32,000 bases of DNA. Origin: Corynebacterium glutamicum ATCC 13032 (GTDB lineage: Bacteria; Actinomycetota; Actinomycetes; Mycobacteriales; Mycobacteriaceae). Shown here in pieces: positions 1 to 8,959 of the stretch. Both the position numbers and the translations under genes were made by a program. The stretch covers positions 1,530,001 to 1,562,000 of the forward strand of contig NC_003450.3 of assembly GCF_000011325.1 (NCBI RefSeq), read 5' to 3'. Position 1 is the first letter of the stretch. Each line of letters starts with the position of its first letter. Below the pieces are notes generated by a model. It had not been told where the DNA came from and searched no databases. It saw only the letters and a list, made by a program, of their open reading frames with translations.

Positions 1-1
1 C

Positions 2-223
2 CAGGGCGAGCACATCACCGCGCAGTGGATTTCCAACGAACAATCCTTCATTGATCACATCGCTGACACGGATTACACCGATTTTTATACCTGGATCGGC
101 GCGGAATCCTCCGAAACCCGTGCGGCCAAGAAGCATCTGCAGACCCACGCCGGCATGCCCAAGACGCACATGAACGCGCAAGGTTATTGGAACAAGGGCA
201 GAGCCATGGGTAAAAGCAATTAA
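2..223 (+). CDS. 3' end of a siderophore-interacting (SIP/ViuB-type FAD-binding reductase) protein; the 5' end lies outside the window
   Basis: The frame-2 ORF is open from the window edge to TAA at 221-223. The tail ...WIGAESSETRAAKKHLQTHAGMPKTHMNAQGYWNKGRAMGKSN fits the C-terminal GE..R..R..L....G....GYW..G pattern I associate with SIP reductases. It is absent from the ORF track because it has no in-window start. Confidence 0.55.
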   Translation, partial: QGEHITAQWISNEQSFIDHIADTDYTDFYTWIGAESSETRAAKKHLQTHAGMPKTHMNAQGYWNKGRAMGKSN

Positions 224-246
224 AAGATTTTTGCTTATCGACGCCC
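221..246 (+). repeat. Copy A of the stop-codon-anchored 26-nt repeat TAAAAGATTTTTGCTTATCGACGCCC
   Basis: It is identical over 26/26 nt to the reverse complement of 16281-16306 and shares a 15-nt core (TTTGCTTATCGACGC) with 23979-23993. Its first 3 nt are the stop codon of the CDS ending at 223. Confidence 0.85.
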
Positions 247-274
247 ACCTCCGGCGAATCCCTGGCAGCACGCG

Positions 275-314
275 AAAAACCCCTCACAATCTAAGGTGAC
301 TGTGAGGGGTTTTG
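275..314. terminator. Bidirectional intrinsic terminator between convergent genes (SIP-like + strand, gnd - strand)
   Basis: A 9-bp stem CCCCTCACA (280-288) / TGTGAGGGG (301-309) is flanked by an A-run (275-279) and a T-run (310-313). This gives a U-tract on either strand. Confidence 0.8.
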
Positions 315-337
315 GCGTTGTGTTAAAAGGAGAGCCT

Positions 338-1816
338 TTAAGCTTCAACCTCGGAGCGGTCGCCGGACCACTCGGTGTGGAAGGAGCCATCCTTGTCGAT
401 GCGCTTGTAGGTGTGCGCACCGAAGAAGTCGCGCTGTCCTTGGATCAGGGCTGCTGGCAGACGCTCTGCACGCAGGCTGTCGTAGTAGGACAGGGAGGAA
501 GCGAACACTGGGATTGGCAGGCCAAGCTGGGTGGCGGTGACAATCACGCGACGCCATGAATCGATGAGGTCGCCGAGCTCGCTCTTGAAGTAAGGATCGA
601 GCAGCAGGGACTCAAGTTCAGCGTTTGCATCGTATGCTTCGACGATGCGGTTGAGGAACTTAGCGCGAATGATGCAGCCGCCGCGCCAGATGGTAGCGAG
701 GTCGCGAGGGTCAACGTCCCAGTTGTTCTCGTCGGAGCCAGCCTTGATCTCGTCGAAGCCCTGTGCGTAAGCAACAAGCTTGGATGCGTACAGTGCACGG
801 CGAACGTCTTCGACGAACTGTGCCTTGTCCACGCCAAGTGCTTCCAGATCGGTGAGGACACCTGCAGGTAGGTTGCCCTGTGCTGCAGCGCGCTGGCTGG
901 TTGCGCCGGAGAGTGCACGTGCGAAAACAGCTTCGCCGATGCCGGTGGTAGCAATACCCAGATCAAGAGCAGCCTTGACGGTCCAACGTCCGGTGCCCTT
1001 CTGACCTGCAGCGTCAACGATGACGTCGATTAGTGGCTTGCCGGTTTCAGCATCCACCTGGGAGAGAACCTCTGCGGTGATTTCGATGAGGTAGGAATCC
1101 AGGTCGCCTGCGTTCCATTCCTTGAAAACCTCAGCGATTTCAGCTGGCTGCATGCCTGCTGCGTAGCGGAGAAGGTGGTATGCCTCGCCGATGACCTGCA
1201 TGTCGGCGTACTCGATGCCGTTGTGGACCATCTTGACGAAGTGGCCGGCGCCGTCTGGGCCGATGTGGGTGACACATGGGGTGCCGTCAACGTTGGCAGC
1301 GATGGACTCAAGCAGTGGTCCGAGGGACTCGTAGGACTTTGCTGGGCCACCAGGCATGATGGATGGGCCGTTGAGTGCGCCTTCTTCGCCGCCGGAGATA
1401 CCAGCACCGACGAAGTGGAGACCGCGTGCGGAGATTTCCTTCTCGCGACGAATGGTGTCGGTGTAGAGGGCGTTGCCGCCGTCGATGATGATGTCGCCTT
1501 CGTCCATGGCATCTGCCAGCTGGTTGATGACTGCGTCGGTGGCGTTACCAGCCTGAACCATGATGATGGCGCGGCGTGGCTTTTCCAGGGATGCTACGAA
1601 CTCTTCGACGGTTGCAGAAGGGATGAAGTTGCCTTCGGAGCCGTGATCGGCGATGAGCTTGTCGGTTTTGTCAGTGCTGCGGTTGTAGACAGCGACAGTG
1701 TTGCCGTTGCGGGCGAAGTTGCGGGCGAGGTTTGAGCCCATTACTGCTAGGCCTACAACGCCGATCTGTGCGAGATTATCTCCATTAGTCATGTTATTGA
1801 TCGTACTTGACGGCAT
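338..1816 (-). CDS. gnd: 6-phosphogluconate dehydrogenase, decarboxylating
   Basis: 492-aa ORF with the NADP-binding fingerprint IGVVGLAVMGSNLARN. Family-typical blocks are GPDGAGHFVKMVHNGIEYADMQ and FFGAHTYKR. An alternative ATG at 1792 (MTNGDN...) would give 484 aa. Confidence 0.95.
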   Translation of the reverse strand: MPSSTINNMTNGDNLAQIGVVGLAVMGSNLARNFARNGNTVAVYNRSTDKTDKLIADHGSEGNFIPSATVEEFVASLEKPRRAIIMVQAGNATDAVINQLADAMDEGDIIIDGGNALYTDTIRREKEISARGLHFVGAGISGGEEGALNGPSIMPGGPAKSYESLGPLLESIAANVDGTPCVTHIGPDGAGHFVKMVHNGIEYADMQVIGEAYHLLRYAAGMQPAEIAEVFKEWNAGDLDSYLIEITAEVLSQVDAETGKPLIDVIVDAAGQKGTGRWTVKAALDLGIATTGIGEAVFARALSGATSQRAAAQGNLPAGVLTDLEALGVDKAQFVEDVRRALYASKLVAYAQGFDEIKAGSDENNWDVDPRDLATIWRGGCIIRAKFLNRIVEAYDANAELESLLLDPYFKSELGDLIDSWRRVIVTATQLGLPIPVFASSLSYYDSLRAERLPAALIQGQRDFFGAHTYKRIDKDGSFHTEWSGDRSEVEA

Positions 1817-1841
1817 AGCCCGGTGTCAGCAAAATCGGCCT

Positions 1842-1858
1842 AAAAGGTGTGACCATTT
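1842..1858. promoter_or_regulatory. Candidate GntR-type operator (GGT-N3-ACC palindrome with A/T flanks) in the gnd / thioesterase divergent region
   Basis: AAAAGGTGTGACCATTT lies 26-42 nt upstream of the gnd ATG at 1816. It has the general tnGT...ACna shape of FadR/GntR-family sites. Function is inferred only. Confidence 0.3.
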
Positions 1859-1932
1859 GGGGGTAGTGGCGATTTTACCAGGTCACAGGAGGTGAAAATC
1901 CAACCATTTTAGGCCGACTAGAGTAATTAATT

Positions 1933-2397
1933 ATGACTTCCCGCGATGATCAACCCCAAGATCTGCTTTCGCTTGCAGAACTTGCCGCCACCAGAGCTTT
2001 AACCACAGACGAACTTGAAGCACTCAACAACGCCAATTATGGCCTCGACCGCAATCTGGGGCTGCGCTACACCACCATCGAGCCCGGCCGGGTGGTCAGC
2101 GAACTTCACGTGGCATCCAAGCACCTGCAAGTGGTGGGCTTGGTCAACGGTGGTGTCTACGCCGCCATCGCCGAATCCACTGGATCAGTCGCCAGCATGA
2201 TTTCCGCCCCTGGAAAAATGGTCGTCGGCATCAACAACAACACCGACTTCATTTCTGCTGTGAGCTCCGGTGTCATCGTGGCCGAAGCAACGCCGATTCA
2301 GCTAGGTGGCCGCACCCATCTGTGGCAGATCGAATGCACCCACCGCGGAGAAGTCGTCGCACGAACCACACTGCGCACCATGGTGCTGAACAAGTAG
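1933..2397 (+). CDS. PaaI/YbdB-type hot-dog fold acyl-CoA thioesterase
   Basis: 154-aa ORF with the hot-dog thioesterase signature GLVNGGVYAAIAESTGS followed by ...GGRTHLWQIE... Confidence 0.75.
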   Translation: MTSRDDQPQDLLSLAELAATRALTTDELEALNNANYGLDRNLGLRYTTIEPGRVVSELHVASKHLQVVGLVNGGVYAAIAESTGSVASMISAPGKMVVGINNNTDFISAVSSGVIVAEATPIQLGGRTHLWQIECTHRGEVVARTTLRTMVLNK

Positions 2398-2414
2398 CCC
2401 TATACTCGGGCACC

Positions 2415-2999
2415 ATGACTACATGGAAAGAGCTCACAGATAACAACCCAGCGCACTCAGAAAACTACGCGCAGCGCTGGCGAAACCTCGCCGCAGCAGG
2501 CAATGATATTTACGGCGAAGCCCGCCTCATTGATGCCATGGCACCCAGGGGAGCGAAAATCTTGGATGCTGGCTGCGGCCAGGGACGCATCGGTGGCTAC
2601 CTGTCCAAGCAAGGCCACGATGTTCTAGGCACAGACCTTGATCCCATCCTGATTGATTACGCCAAGCAGGACTTTCCAGAAGCTCGCTGGGTGGTGGGAG
2701 ATCTCTCTGTTGATCAGATCTCAGAGACTGATTTTGATCTCATTGTCTCCGCCGGCAACGTCATGGGCTTTCTCGCTGAGGATGGTCGCGAACCTGCACT
2801 AGCCAACATTCACCGCGCACTGGGCGCCGATGGCCGCGCTGTCATCGGTTTCGGCGCAGGACGTGGATGGGTCTTTGGAGACTTCCTCGAAGTCGCAGAA
2901 CGCGTGGGCCTCGAGTTGGAAAATGCTTTTGAGTCTTGGGATCTTAAGCCTTTTGTCCAAGGCTCTGAGTTCTTAGTGGCGGTATTTACCAAGAAGTAA
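2415..2999 (+). CDS. Class I SAM-dependent methyltransferase
   Basis: The ORF-track start at 2322 overlaps the thioesterase. The ATG at 2415, 18 nt after that stop, gives 194 aa. Motif I is ILDAGCGQGRIGGYL, followed by an acidic loop (GTDLD) and post-I/II blocks (VVGDL, DLIVSAGNV). Confidence 0.8.
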   Translation: MTTWKELTDNNPAHSENYAQRWRNLAAAGNDIYGEARLIDAMAPRGAKILDAGCGQGRIGGYLSKQGHDVLGTDLDPILIDYAKQDFPEARWVVGDLSVDQISETDFDLIVSAGNVMGFLAEDGREPALANIHRALGADGRAVIGFGAGRGWVFGDFLEVAERVGLELENAFESWDLKPFVQGSEFLVAVFTKK

Positions 3000-3040
3000 C
3001 ACCTCTATCTTGCACCTGATCTGGCGTAGACTCATAAGTT

Positions 3041-3784
3041 ATGAGCACCGTAACGGCAGTGCAGGTCAACGGCCTAAAAGTTTCCATATCGTCCGGTTTT
3101 TCACGCAAGAAAACAAAAACGATCTTGCATGATCTCGATTTCACCGTAGAGACCGGAAAGATCACGGGATTGCTGGGGCCATCGGGCAGCGGCAAGACAA
3201 CTTTGATGCGCGCGATTGTGGGAGTGCAAAACTTCGACGGCACCCTTGAGGTGTTTGATCAGCCCGCAGGTGCTGCCTCTCTGCGCGGGAAAATCGGCTA
3301 TGTCACCCAAAACGCCAGCGTATATCACGATCTGTCGGTGATAGAAAACCTCAAGTATTTCGGGGCTCTGGCTAAAGGAACCTCCACTCCACGCACCCCG
3401 GAAAAGATTCTGGAGGTCTTAGACATCGCAGATCTTGCTCAACGCCAAGTATCAACACTATCTGGTGGGCAGCGCGGCCGAGTCTCCCTTGGATGTGCGC
3501 TTATTGCCTCACCAGAACTCTTGGTGATGGATGAGCCAACCGTGGGTTTGGATCCCATTACCCGGCAAGCACTGTGGGAAGAGTTCACCACCATCGCAAA
3601 AGCAGGTGCTGGAGTGGTTATCTCCAGTCACGTGTTGGAGGAAGCCGCGCGGTGCGACAACCTCATTTTGTTGCGTGATGGTCGGATCATCTGGAGGGGA
3701 ACACCCACACGCCTTCTAGAAGATACAGGCAAAAGCTCATACGAAGATGCTTTCTTGGCTGCCATTGACGGGGTAAGGTCATGA
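3041..3784 (+). CDS. ABC transporter ATP-binding protein (ABC-2/DrrA-like exporter type)
   Basis: Walker A GPSGSGKTT, signature LSGGQRGRVSL, Walker B LLVMDEPTVGLD. A 4-nt ATGA overlap links it to the downstream permease. Confidence 0.9.
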   Translation: MSTVTAVQVNGLKVSISSGFSRKKTKTILHDLDFTVETGKITGLLGPSGSGKTTLMRAIVGVQNFDGTLEVFDQPAGAASLRGKIGYVTQNASVYHDLSVIENLKYFGALAKGTSTPRTPEKILEVLDIADLAQRQVSTLSGGQRGRVSLGCALIASPELLVMDEPTVGLDPITRQALWEEFTTIAKAGAGVVISSHVLEEAARCDNLILLRDGRIIWRGTPTRLLEDTGKSSYEDAFLAAIDGVRS

Positions 3785-4524
3785 ACCCTCACTATCTGCT
3801 TGCCACGGTCAAACGAGTCCTGCTGCAGCTGAAAGCCGATAAACGTTCCATCGCGCTGATTCTTCTAGCACCCGTGGCGTTGATGTCGCTGTTTTATTAC
3901 ATGTATTCCTCCACACCGGCAGGCACCCAGCTGTTTAAGACCATTTCCACGGTCATGATCGCAGTGTTCCCCTTGATGCTCATGTTTTTGATGACGTCGG
4001 TGACGATGCAAAGAGAACGCAACGCTGGAACGCTCGAGCGCTTGTGGACCACGAACATTCACCGCGTTGATTTGATCGGTGGCTACGGGGTGGCCTTCGG
4101 CATCATGGCGGTGGCGCAATCTTTGCTCATGGTGCTCACCCTTCGGTATCTCCTGGGTGTGGAAACCGAATCGGAGTGGTGGATTTCTACGCTCATTGCT
4201 GCGATCACCGGTCTTATCGGAGTGTCTCTTGGCCTGTTGAGCTCTGCGTTTGCCAGCACTGAGTTCCAAGCTATCCAAACGCTGCCGTTGCTTATTTTGC
4301 CCCAGTTCCTATTGTGCGGTTTGCTGATCCCACGGGATGATCTGCCGGATGTGTTGCGCTGGGTTTCTAATGTGTTGCCGCTGTCCTATGCAGTTGATGC
4401 AGCGCTTGAGGCCTCACGGACGGGAATCGGACAGCAAGTAGTGGTCAACATTGCCATCTGCGCCGCGTTTGCCGTGAGCTTCCTGCTGGTGGCGGCGCTA
4501 TCGATGCCGAGAATGACCCGCTAG
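3781..4524 (+). CDS. ABC-2 type transporter permease
   Basis: 247 aa with about six hydrophobic helices. It is translationally coupled to the ATPase, which is the typical ABC-2 exporter layout. Confidence 0.8.
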   Translation: MNPHYLLATVKRVLLQLKADKRSIALILLAPVALMSLFYYMYSSTPAGTQLFKTISTVMIAVFPLMLMFLMTSVTMQRERNAGTLERLWTTNIHRVDLIGGYGVAFGIMAVAQSLLMVLTLRYLLGVETESEWWISTLIAAITGLIGVSLGLLSSAFASTEFQAIQTLPLLILPQFLLCGLLIPRDDLPDVLRWVSNVLPLSYAVDAALEASRTGIGQQVVVNIAICAAFAVSFLLVAALSMPRMTR

Positions 4525-4525
4525 A

Positions 4526-5407
4526 TTACTCTTCCAGCGAGGTGCCAATCATCGACATCGATGTGGCCCTCGCCTGAGCGGCTGCCTGGCCACGGTGAGT
4601 GATGAGCAGCTCGATTAATTGCTCAGAGACCAACATCAGCGCGGCCCGTGACGTTCGGGTGAGCTCATCTTGGAATGAGGCTGTCATCGGGGGAACGATC
4701 AAGGACACATCAGCGGCCACATCGATGGCGGAATGCGCAAAACATGTCATCGCCATAATGGTTGCCCCACCTGCACGTGCTGCTTCGATGGTCGCAAGCG
4801 TTGCTTTGCTGGCACCTGAACCAGAAATCGCGAAGCAGACAGAACCTTCACCTAATTGACGAGCCACAATCTGCTCCGACATGGAATCAGAATGCACTTC
4901 AGCTGAACGACCCATCGAGTTCAAACGCTGCGAAAAATCCAAACCCAACGGCGCGGACAGCCCATGAGAGGCCACGAGTACCCGGCGCGCAGAATCCAGC
5001 CCCTCAATACAGCGCGTGAGATCATCTTCGGTCAACGCAGAGGCCACCGTGCCCAACGACGCTTGAAAATCAGAGATCCCCGCCTGCAAATGACCAAGCA
5101 ACGAGGAGCTTAACGCTCCTTCAACCATGCTTCTCGACGCGCCCTGCGCCAGTGCCAGTTCCTGCGCCAGGGCGACGCGCAGCTGCGGGAATCCGTCGTA
5201 GCCTAAGGACTGGGCGGTGCGGATGACGGTGGCACGCCCAACCCCCACGCGATCTGCAAGGCCCTGAGCGGTCAGTTCGACGATGCTGGGGGCGTCGACA
5301 AGCATGACTTCGGCGACTTTGCGCTGATTAGGCTGCAGCGATGGCGCAAGCGTGGTGATGCGGATGCTTGGTGGAGCGTCAGTTGCTTGGTGCCACGACA
5401 CGGTCAC
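4526..5407 (-). CDS. RpiR/MurR-family transcriptional regulator (N-terminal HTH_6 + SIS sugar-phosphate-binding domain)
   Basis: The HTH region is LQPNQRKVAEVMLVDAPSIVELTAQGLADRVGVGRATVIRTAQSLGYDGFPQLRVALAQ. A SIS-like block follows (VLVASHGLSAPL ... CFAISGSGASKAT). The GTG start overlaps the 3' end of the upstream permease gene by 29 nt. Confidence 0.8.
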   Translation of the reverse strand: MTVSWHQATDAPPSIRITTLAPSLQPNQRKVAEVMLVDAPSIVELTAQGLADRVGVGRATVIRTAQSLGYDGFPQLRVALAQELALAQGASRSMVEGALSSSLLGHLQAGISDFQASLGTVASALTEDDLTRCIEGLDSARRVLVASHGLSAPLGLDFSQRLNSMGRSAEVHSDSMSEQIVARQLGEGSVCFAISGSGASKATLATIEAARAGGATIMAMTCFAHSAIDVAADVSLIVPPMTASFQDELTRTSRAALMLVSEQLIELLITHRGQAAAQARATSMSMIGTSLEE

Positions 5408-6227
5408 TAGCCCCCTTCATGATGCGGCGGCGGATGGTGCCGGAGATGAGATCGACGATCATCGTTGCGACAACCACGACGATGAGCAGCATGCCCACGG
5501 TGTCCCACTGCCTGTAGTTGGTGTAATTGGCAAGCATACTACCGATACCACCTGCACCAACGATGCCCAATACCGCAGAGGTACGGATGTTGATCTCAAA
5601 GCGGTACAGGGCAAAAGATGCAATGGATGGCGCAACCTGTGGCCACAACGCCCACCGCAGAACCTCCGGCGTAGTTCCACCCGCTGCACGCACTGCCTCT
5701 GACGGGCCGGTGGGAGTGGACTCAATGGCTTCATAGGTCCACTTTGCCTGTTGTCCAATACCGGAGATACCCAATGCGAGCGCACCAGTAAAAGGAGTTA
5801 GGCCGGTGACAGTTAGCAAAATAATTGCGATAACCACTTCGGGGAACGCACGAATCACCGCGAACACGAACCGTAAAACGGTACGCAGCCAATAAGGTCC
5901 CACCCCGCGGGCAGCCAACATTCCCAGAGGGACAGAGACCACCACGCATAAAATGGCACCCAACCACGCCATGGCGATGGAACGCCACATTTCCTGGACG
6001 GCGCGGCCAAACTTCGACCAATCGGGATCGCTAAACATCAGCTCTAAGTAATGCCACACCTGCGCGGGCATCTGCGGAAGCTCATTCCACTCGATCTTGA
6101 GCGTGCCGGTAGCTATAAGGACAATCAGCGCAGCGACAATTGCAACGATATTGCGCGCCAGTTTGTTGGGGCGCGCCGGGGGAGAGCTGGGGGCCGGTAC
6201 TGTGCGGTGAGAGGTTAAGGTGCTCAT
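5379..6227 (-). CDS. pctD: PhnE-type phosphonate/phosphite-family ABC importer permease (second permease)
   Basis: 282 aa with PhnE-like blocks (EAIESTPTGPSEAVRAAGGT..., ...[13 protein letters not shown]...). A 4-nt overlap links it to the upstream permease. The pct name comes from my recollection of the C. glutamicum pctABCD locus. Confidence 0.8.
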   Translation of the reverse strand: MSTLTSHRTVPAPSSPPARPNKLARNIVAIVAALIVLIATGTLKIEWNELPQMPAQVWHYLELMFSDPDWSKFGRAVQEMWRSIAMAWLGAILCVVVSVPLGMLAARGVGPYWLRTVLRFVFAVIRAFPEVVIAIILLTVTGLTPFTGALALGISGIGQQAKWTYEAIESTPTGPSEAVRAAGGTTPEVLRWALWPQVAPSIASFALYRFEINIRTSAVLGIVGAGGIGSMLANYTNYRQWDTVGMLLIVVVVATMIVDLISGTIRRRIMKGASDRVVAPSN

Positions 6228-7030
6228 ACCAGCCTCTTTCGAAGTGCGTTGGAGATTACTTCAATGACAATCACCACGATGAGGATTTCCAGAATGATCA
6301 CGGAAACATCCGCGTAGGCATAGAAAGCTCGGCGTTCATCAAGCAGCCTGCCGATGCCACCTGCGCCCACGATGCCAAGGATGGCGGAGATGCGTACATT
6401 CAGCTCTAGGGTGTAGAGCCATTGGTTGGCAAAGAGCGGCATGACTTCAGGAAGCGCGGAGACTCGGTTGATTTGGAACTGTGATCCACCTGCTGCGCGT
6501 CCTGCTTCCATATAGGGATGCTCAGTGGAATCAATGGCCTCAGAGACAAGCTTGACCACGATGCCCAGGTTGAACAGAAACAGCGTCAAAATGCCAGGTA
6601 ATGCGCCGACACCAACCATGGCGACCAAGATGGTGGCATACACCAAGTCGGGGACAGAGCGCACCACGTTAATGATGGTGCGGACAATGCCACGACCAAT
6701 CGCACTGGTGTTGGTTGCCTGCGCTGCCCACAACGTCAAAGGCACCGATACGGCAGCAGACAAGACAGCTCCAACAAGCGCCATCTGCAGGGTTTCCAAC
6801 ATGGGAAGCCACGTACGAGGCAAGAACGCAAAGTTGGGCTGCAGCATTTGCAGGAGTTTGTTGGCACCATTGCGCCAATTCGCAGCAATGGAAGCGAAAT
6901 CAAGCTCAATGCCACCTAGCGCTGGGGTTGCTGTTGCCACGGTGAAGACAACGATGGCGCCGATGATGAGATAGGTCTTTACCCCAGCCCGAGGCTTTTG
7001 TGGGATAAGTGGAGAAGAAGGCGTGGTCAT
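6224..7030 (-). CDS. pctC: PhnE-type ABC importer permease (first permease)
   Basis: 268 aa, paralogous to 5379-6227 ([20 protein letters not shown]..., [14 protein letters not shown]). It has 4-nt overlaps on both sides. Confidence 0.8.
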
Positions 7031-7833
7031 GCGCGATCACCTAGCAGGTCTTTAGCCTGGATGGGGCGACCATAGATAGCTTCAAAGTCTTTATCGGTGG
7101 CCTCAGAGATAGGACCGTCATAGACCAGCTTGCCGGCACGCAAACCCACAAGCCTTGTGGTGTATTGACGAGCCAAATCAATCAAGTGCAAGTTCACCAA
7201 CACGGTGAGGCCTTCCACGTTGTTGATGTTTTCTAGATCGCGCATCACGGAATGCGCGGTTGGCGGATCAAGGCTTGCCACAGGCTCATCTGCCAGCATG
7301 ACAGACGGATCTTGCGATAAGGCGCGCGCAATAGCAACGCGCTGTTTCTGTCCACCCGACAAAGCACCAGCTCGGGTCCACACTTTGTCCAAAATGCCCA
7401 CGGACTCCAACGCGTGAAAAGCAATCTGCTTGTCGTGCTCCGTGGGAAACCCGAGGAGGTTACGCCACCACGCTGTGTGCGCGAAGCGGCCCACCAAAAC
7501 ATTCTGGAACACACTGCTGCGTTCCGACAGGTTGAACCCCTGGAAAATCATGCCGATCTGCCCACGGGCATCACGCAGTGCTTTCCCCTTCAAGGTGTTG
7601 ATCTGATGCGGCCCCACCGTCACGGTGCCTTCCGTAGCGCGGACAAGACCGTTGATCGTGCGAATCAGCGTGGATTTACCCGATCCTGACAGACCCACGA
7701 TGGCAACCATCTCACCGGGATTGATGGTGAGGGAAACATCATCGAGGGCTTTCGTCCCATTGGGATACGTCACCGACACATGGTCGAAGTTGATAGCCCA
7801 GGAGTTGGTGGTAGCCGAAGCATCAGAATTCAT
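7027..7833 (-). CDS. pctB: PhnC-type ABC importer ATP-binding protein
   Basis: Walker [10 protein letters not shown], signature [15 protein letters not shown], Walker [13 protein letters not shown]. The PhnC-like N-terminus is [20 protein letters not shown]. Confidence 0.9.
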
Positions 7834-7866
7834 ATGCGCACACCTTGAGTATTGGAAACAGGGAAA

Positions 7867-8919
7867 TTAGTTGGAGAACTTCTTCAGGATCTCGCCGTAA
7901 CGAGTGATTTCATCCTGTGCGGTATCAGCAGTCCAGTCAGATAGACCAACCATGTCGAACATGACATCCTTGGCTTCCTCGGAGGAATCTGCGTAATCAT
8001 CCATCAACTCGGTGAGCTTTTCCACCAGGTCGGATGGAAGGGACTTGGACGCTGCGACGCCACCGTTAGGGATCATCTCGGTGTAGGCAAACGCTACGAC
8101 ATCCTCAGCTGCGTTAGGAGCCTCAGACAGCACGGTGGAACGCGCATCCCAGAAACCGAAGGACACTTCCGCGTCACCGTTCAGGACAGACAGCACAGCG
8201 TTGTTGTTGCCCTCTACTGGAACCTGAACAAAAGCGGAATCGGTATCCATGCCCAGATCCTGCATAGCGACGATAGGGTACTGGTAACCCGCAGGAGAGG
8301 TTGCAGCCTGCAGCGCTACCTTGTCACCGGACTCGATCTTTTCCAGCGCATCAAGAGCTGCTGGGCCCTCACCGGTAGCAGCCTGGCCCTCAGTTTCAAT
8401 ACCGTTGCAGTAAAGCATGTCTACATCGGACGCAGCATAAGACGCAGCCACTGGGGCATCGTCGCAGTACTTATCAGGATTGTTGGTGTACGCCACAGCA
8501 GAGTACGAGGTGGCACCGAAACGCACATCACGCAGAATCAGCTGCGCATCGTACTGCTCAATCGCGTTATACAGGGAACCCGCATCAGTGATGATCACCT
8601 GAGCCTGATCAGCACCCAAAGCCTCAACGGTTGCAGCGTAATCAGACGCCACCACACCATTGACCTCAATACCAAGGTTCTCAGACAGGTAATCAGTCAA
8701 AGGAGCCAACGCTTCAGCCAAATCCTCACCCTCAGTAGAAGGAACAAGAGACAAAGTAATGGACTCAGGCCACTGGCTTGCAGCATCCGAAGAAGAAGAC
8801 GCAGATGATGAGGAAGAAGACTCATCGGAAGAGGAACAACCAACTAGAGCAAGGGTAGAGATCGCAAGCGTAGAAACAGCAACACGCATGGACTTGGATG
8901 GCTTAGAGAGCTTGAACAT
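7867..8919 (-). CDS. pctA: PhnD-type periplasmic substrate-binding lipoprotein
   Basis: Signal peptide plus lipobox LALVGC, then a Ser-rich linker (SSSDESSSSSSASSSSD). The PhnD-like core is LSLVPSTEGEDLAEALAPLTDYLSENLGIEV..DYAATVEAL. Confidence 0.85.
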   Translation of the reverse strand: MFKLSKPSKSMRVAVSTLAISTLALVGCSSSDESSSSSSASSSSDAASQWPESITLSLVPSTEGEDLAEALAPLTDYLSENLGIEVNGVVASDYAATVEALGADQAQVIITDAGSLYNAIEQYDAQLILRDVRFGATSYSAVAYTNNPDKYCDDAPVAASYAASDVDMLYCNGIETEGQAATGEGPAALDALEKIESGDKVALQAATSPAGYQYPIVAMQDLGMDTDSAFVQVPVEGNNNAVLSVLNGDAEVSFGFWDARSTVLSEAPNAAEDVVAFAYTEMIPNGGVAASKSLPSDLVEKLTELMDDYADSSEEAKDVMFDMVGLSDWTADTAQDEITRYGEILKKFSN

Positions 8920-8959
8920 GAGATCTTTAAAAACCTTTCAGCGACATGAGACAAGAAAG

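Noticed and set aside
544-1735. Long ORFs inside or antisense to gnd (544-1017 -, 1030-1512 -, 1175-1735 +)
   Set aside because: They are off-frame or antisense shadows of a strongly supported gene in GC-rich DNA. Their composition is Ala/Arg/Ser/Thr/Pro-rich and they have no motifs or RBS. The same reasoning applies to the many 60-190-aa shadow ORFs within thiED, thiM, ndh, the MFS gene, SulP, lnt and the lipase gene.
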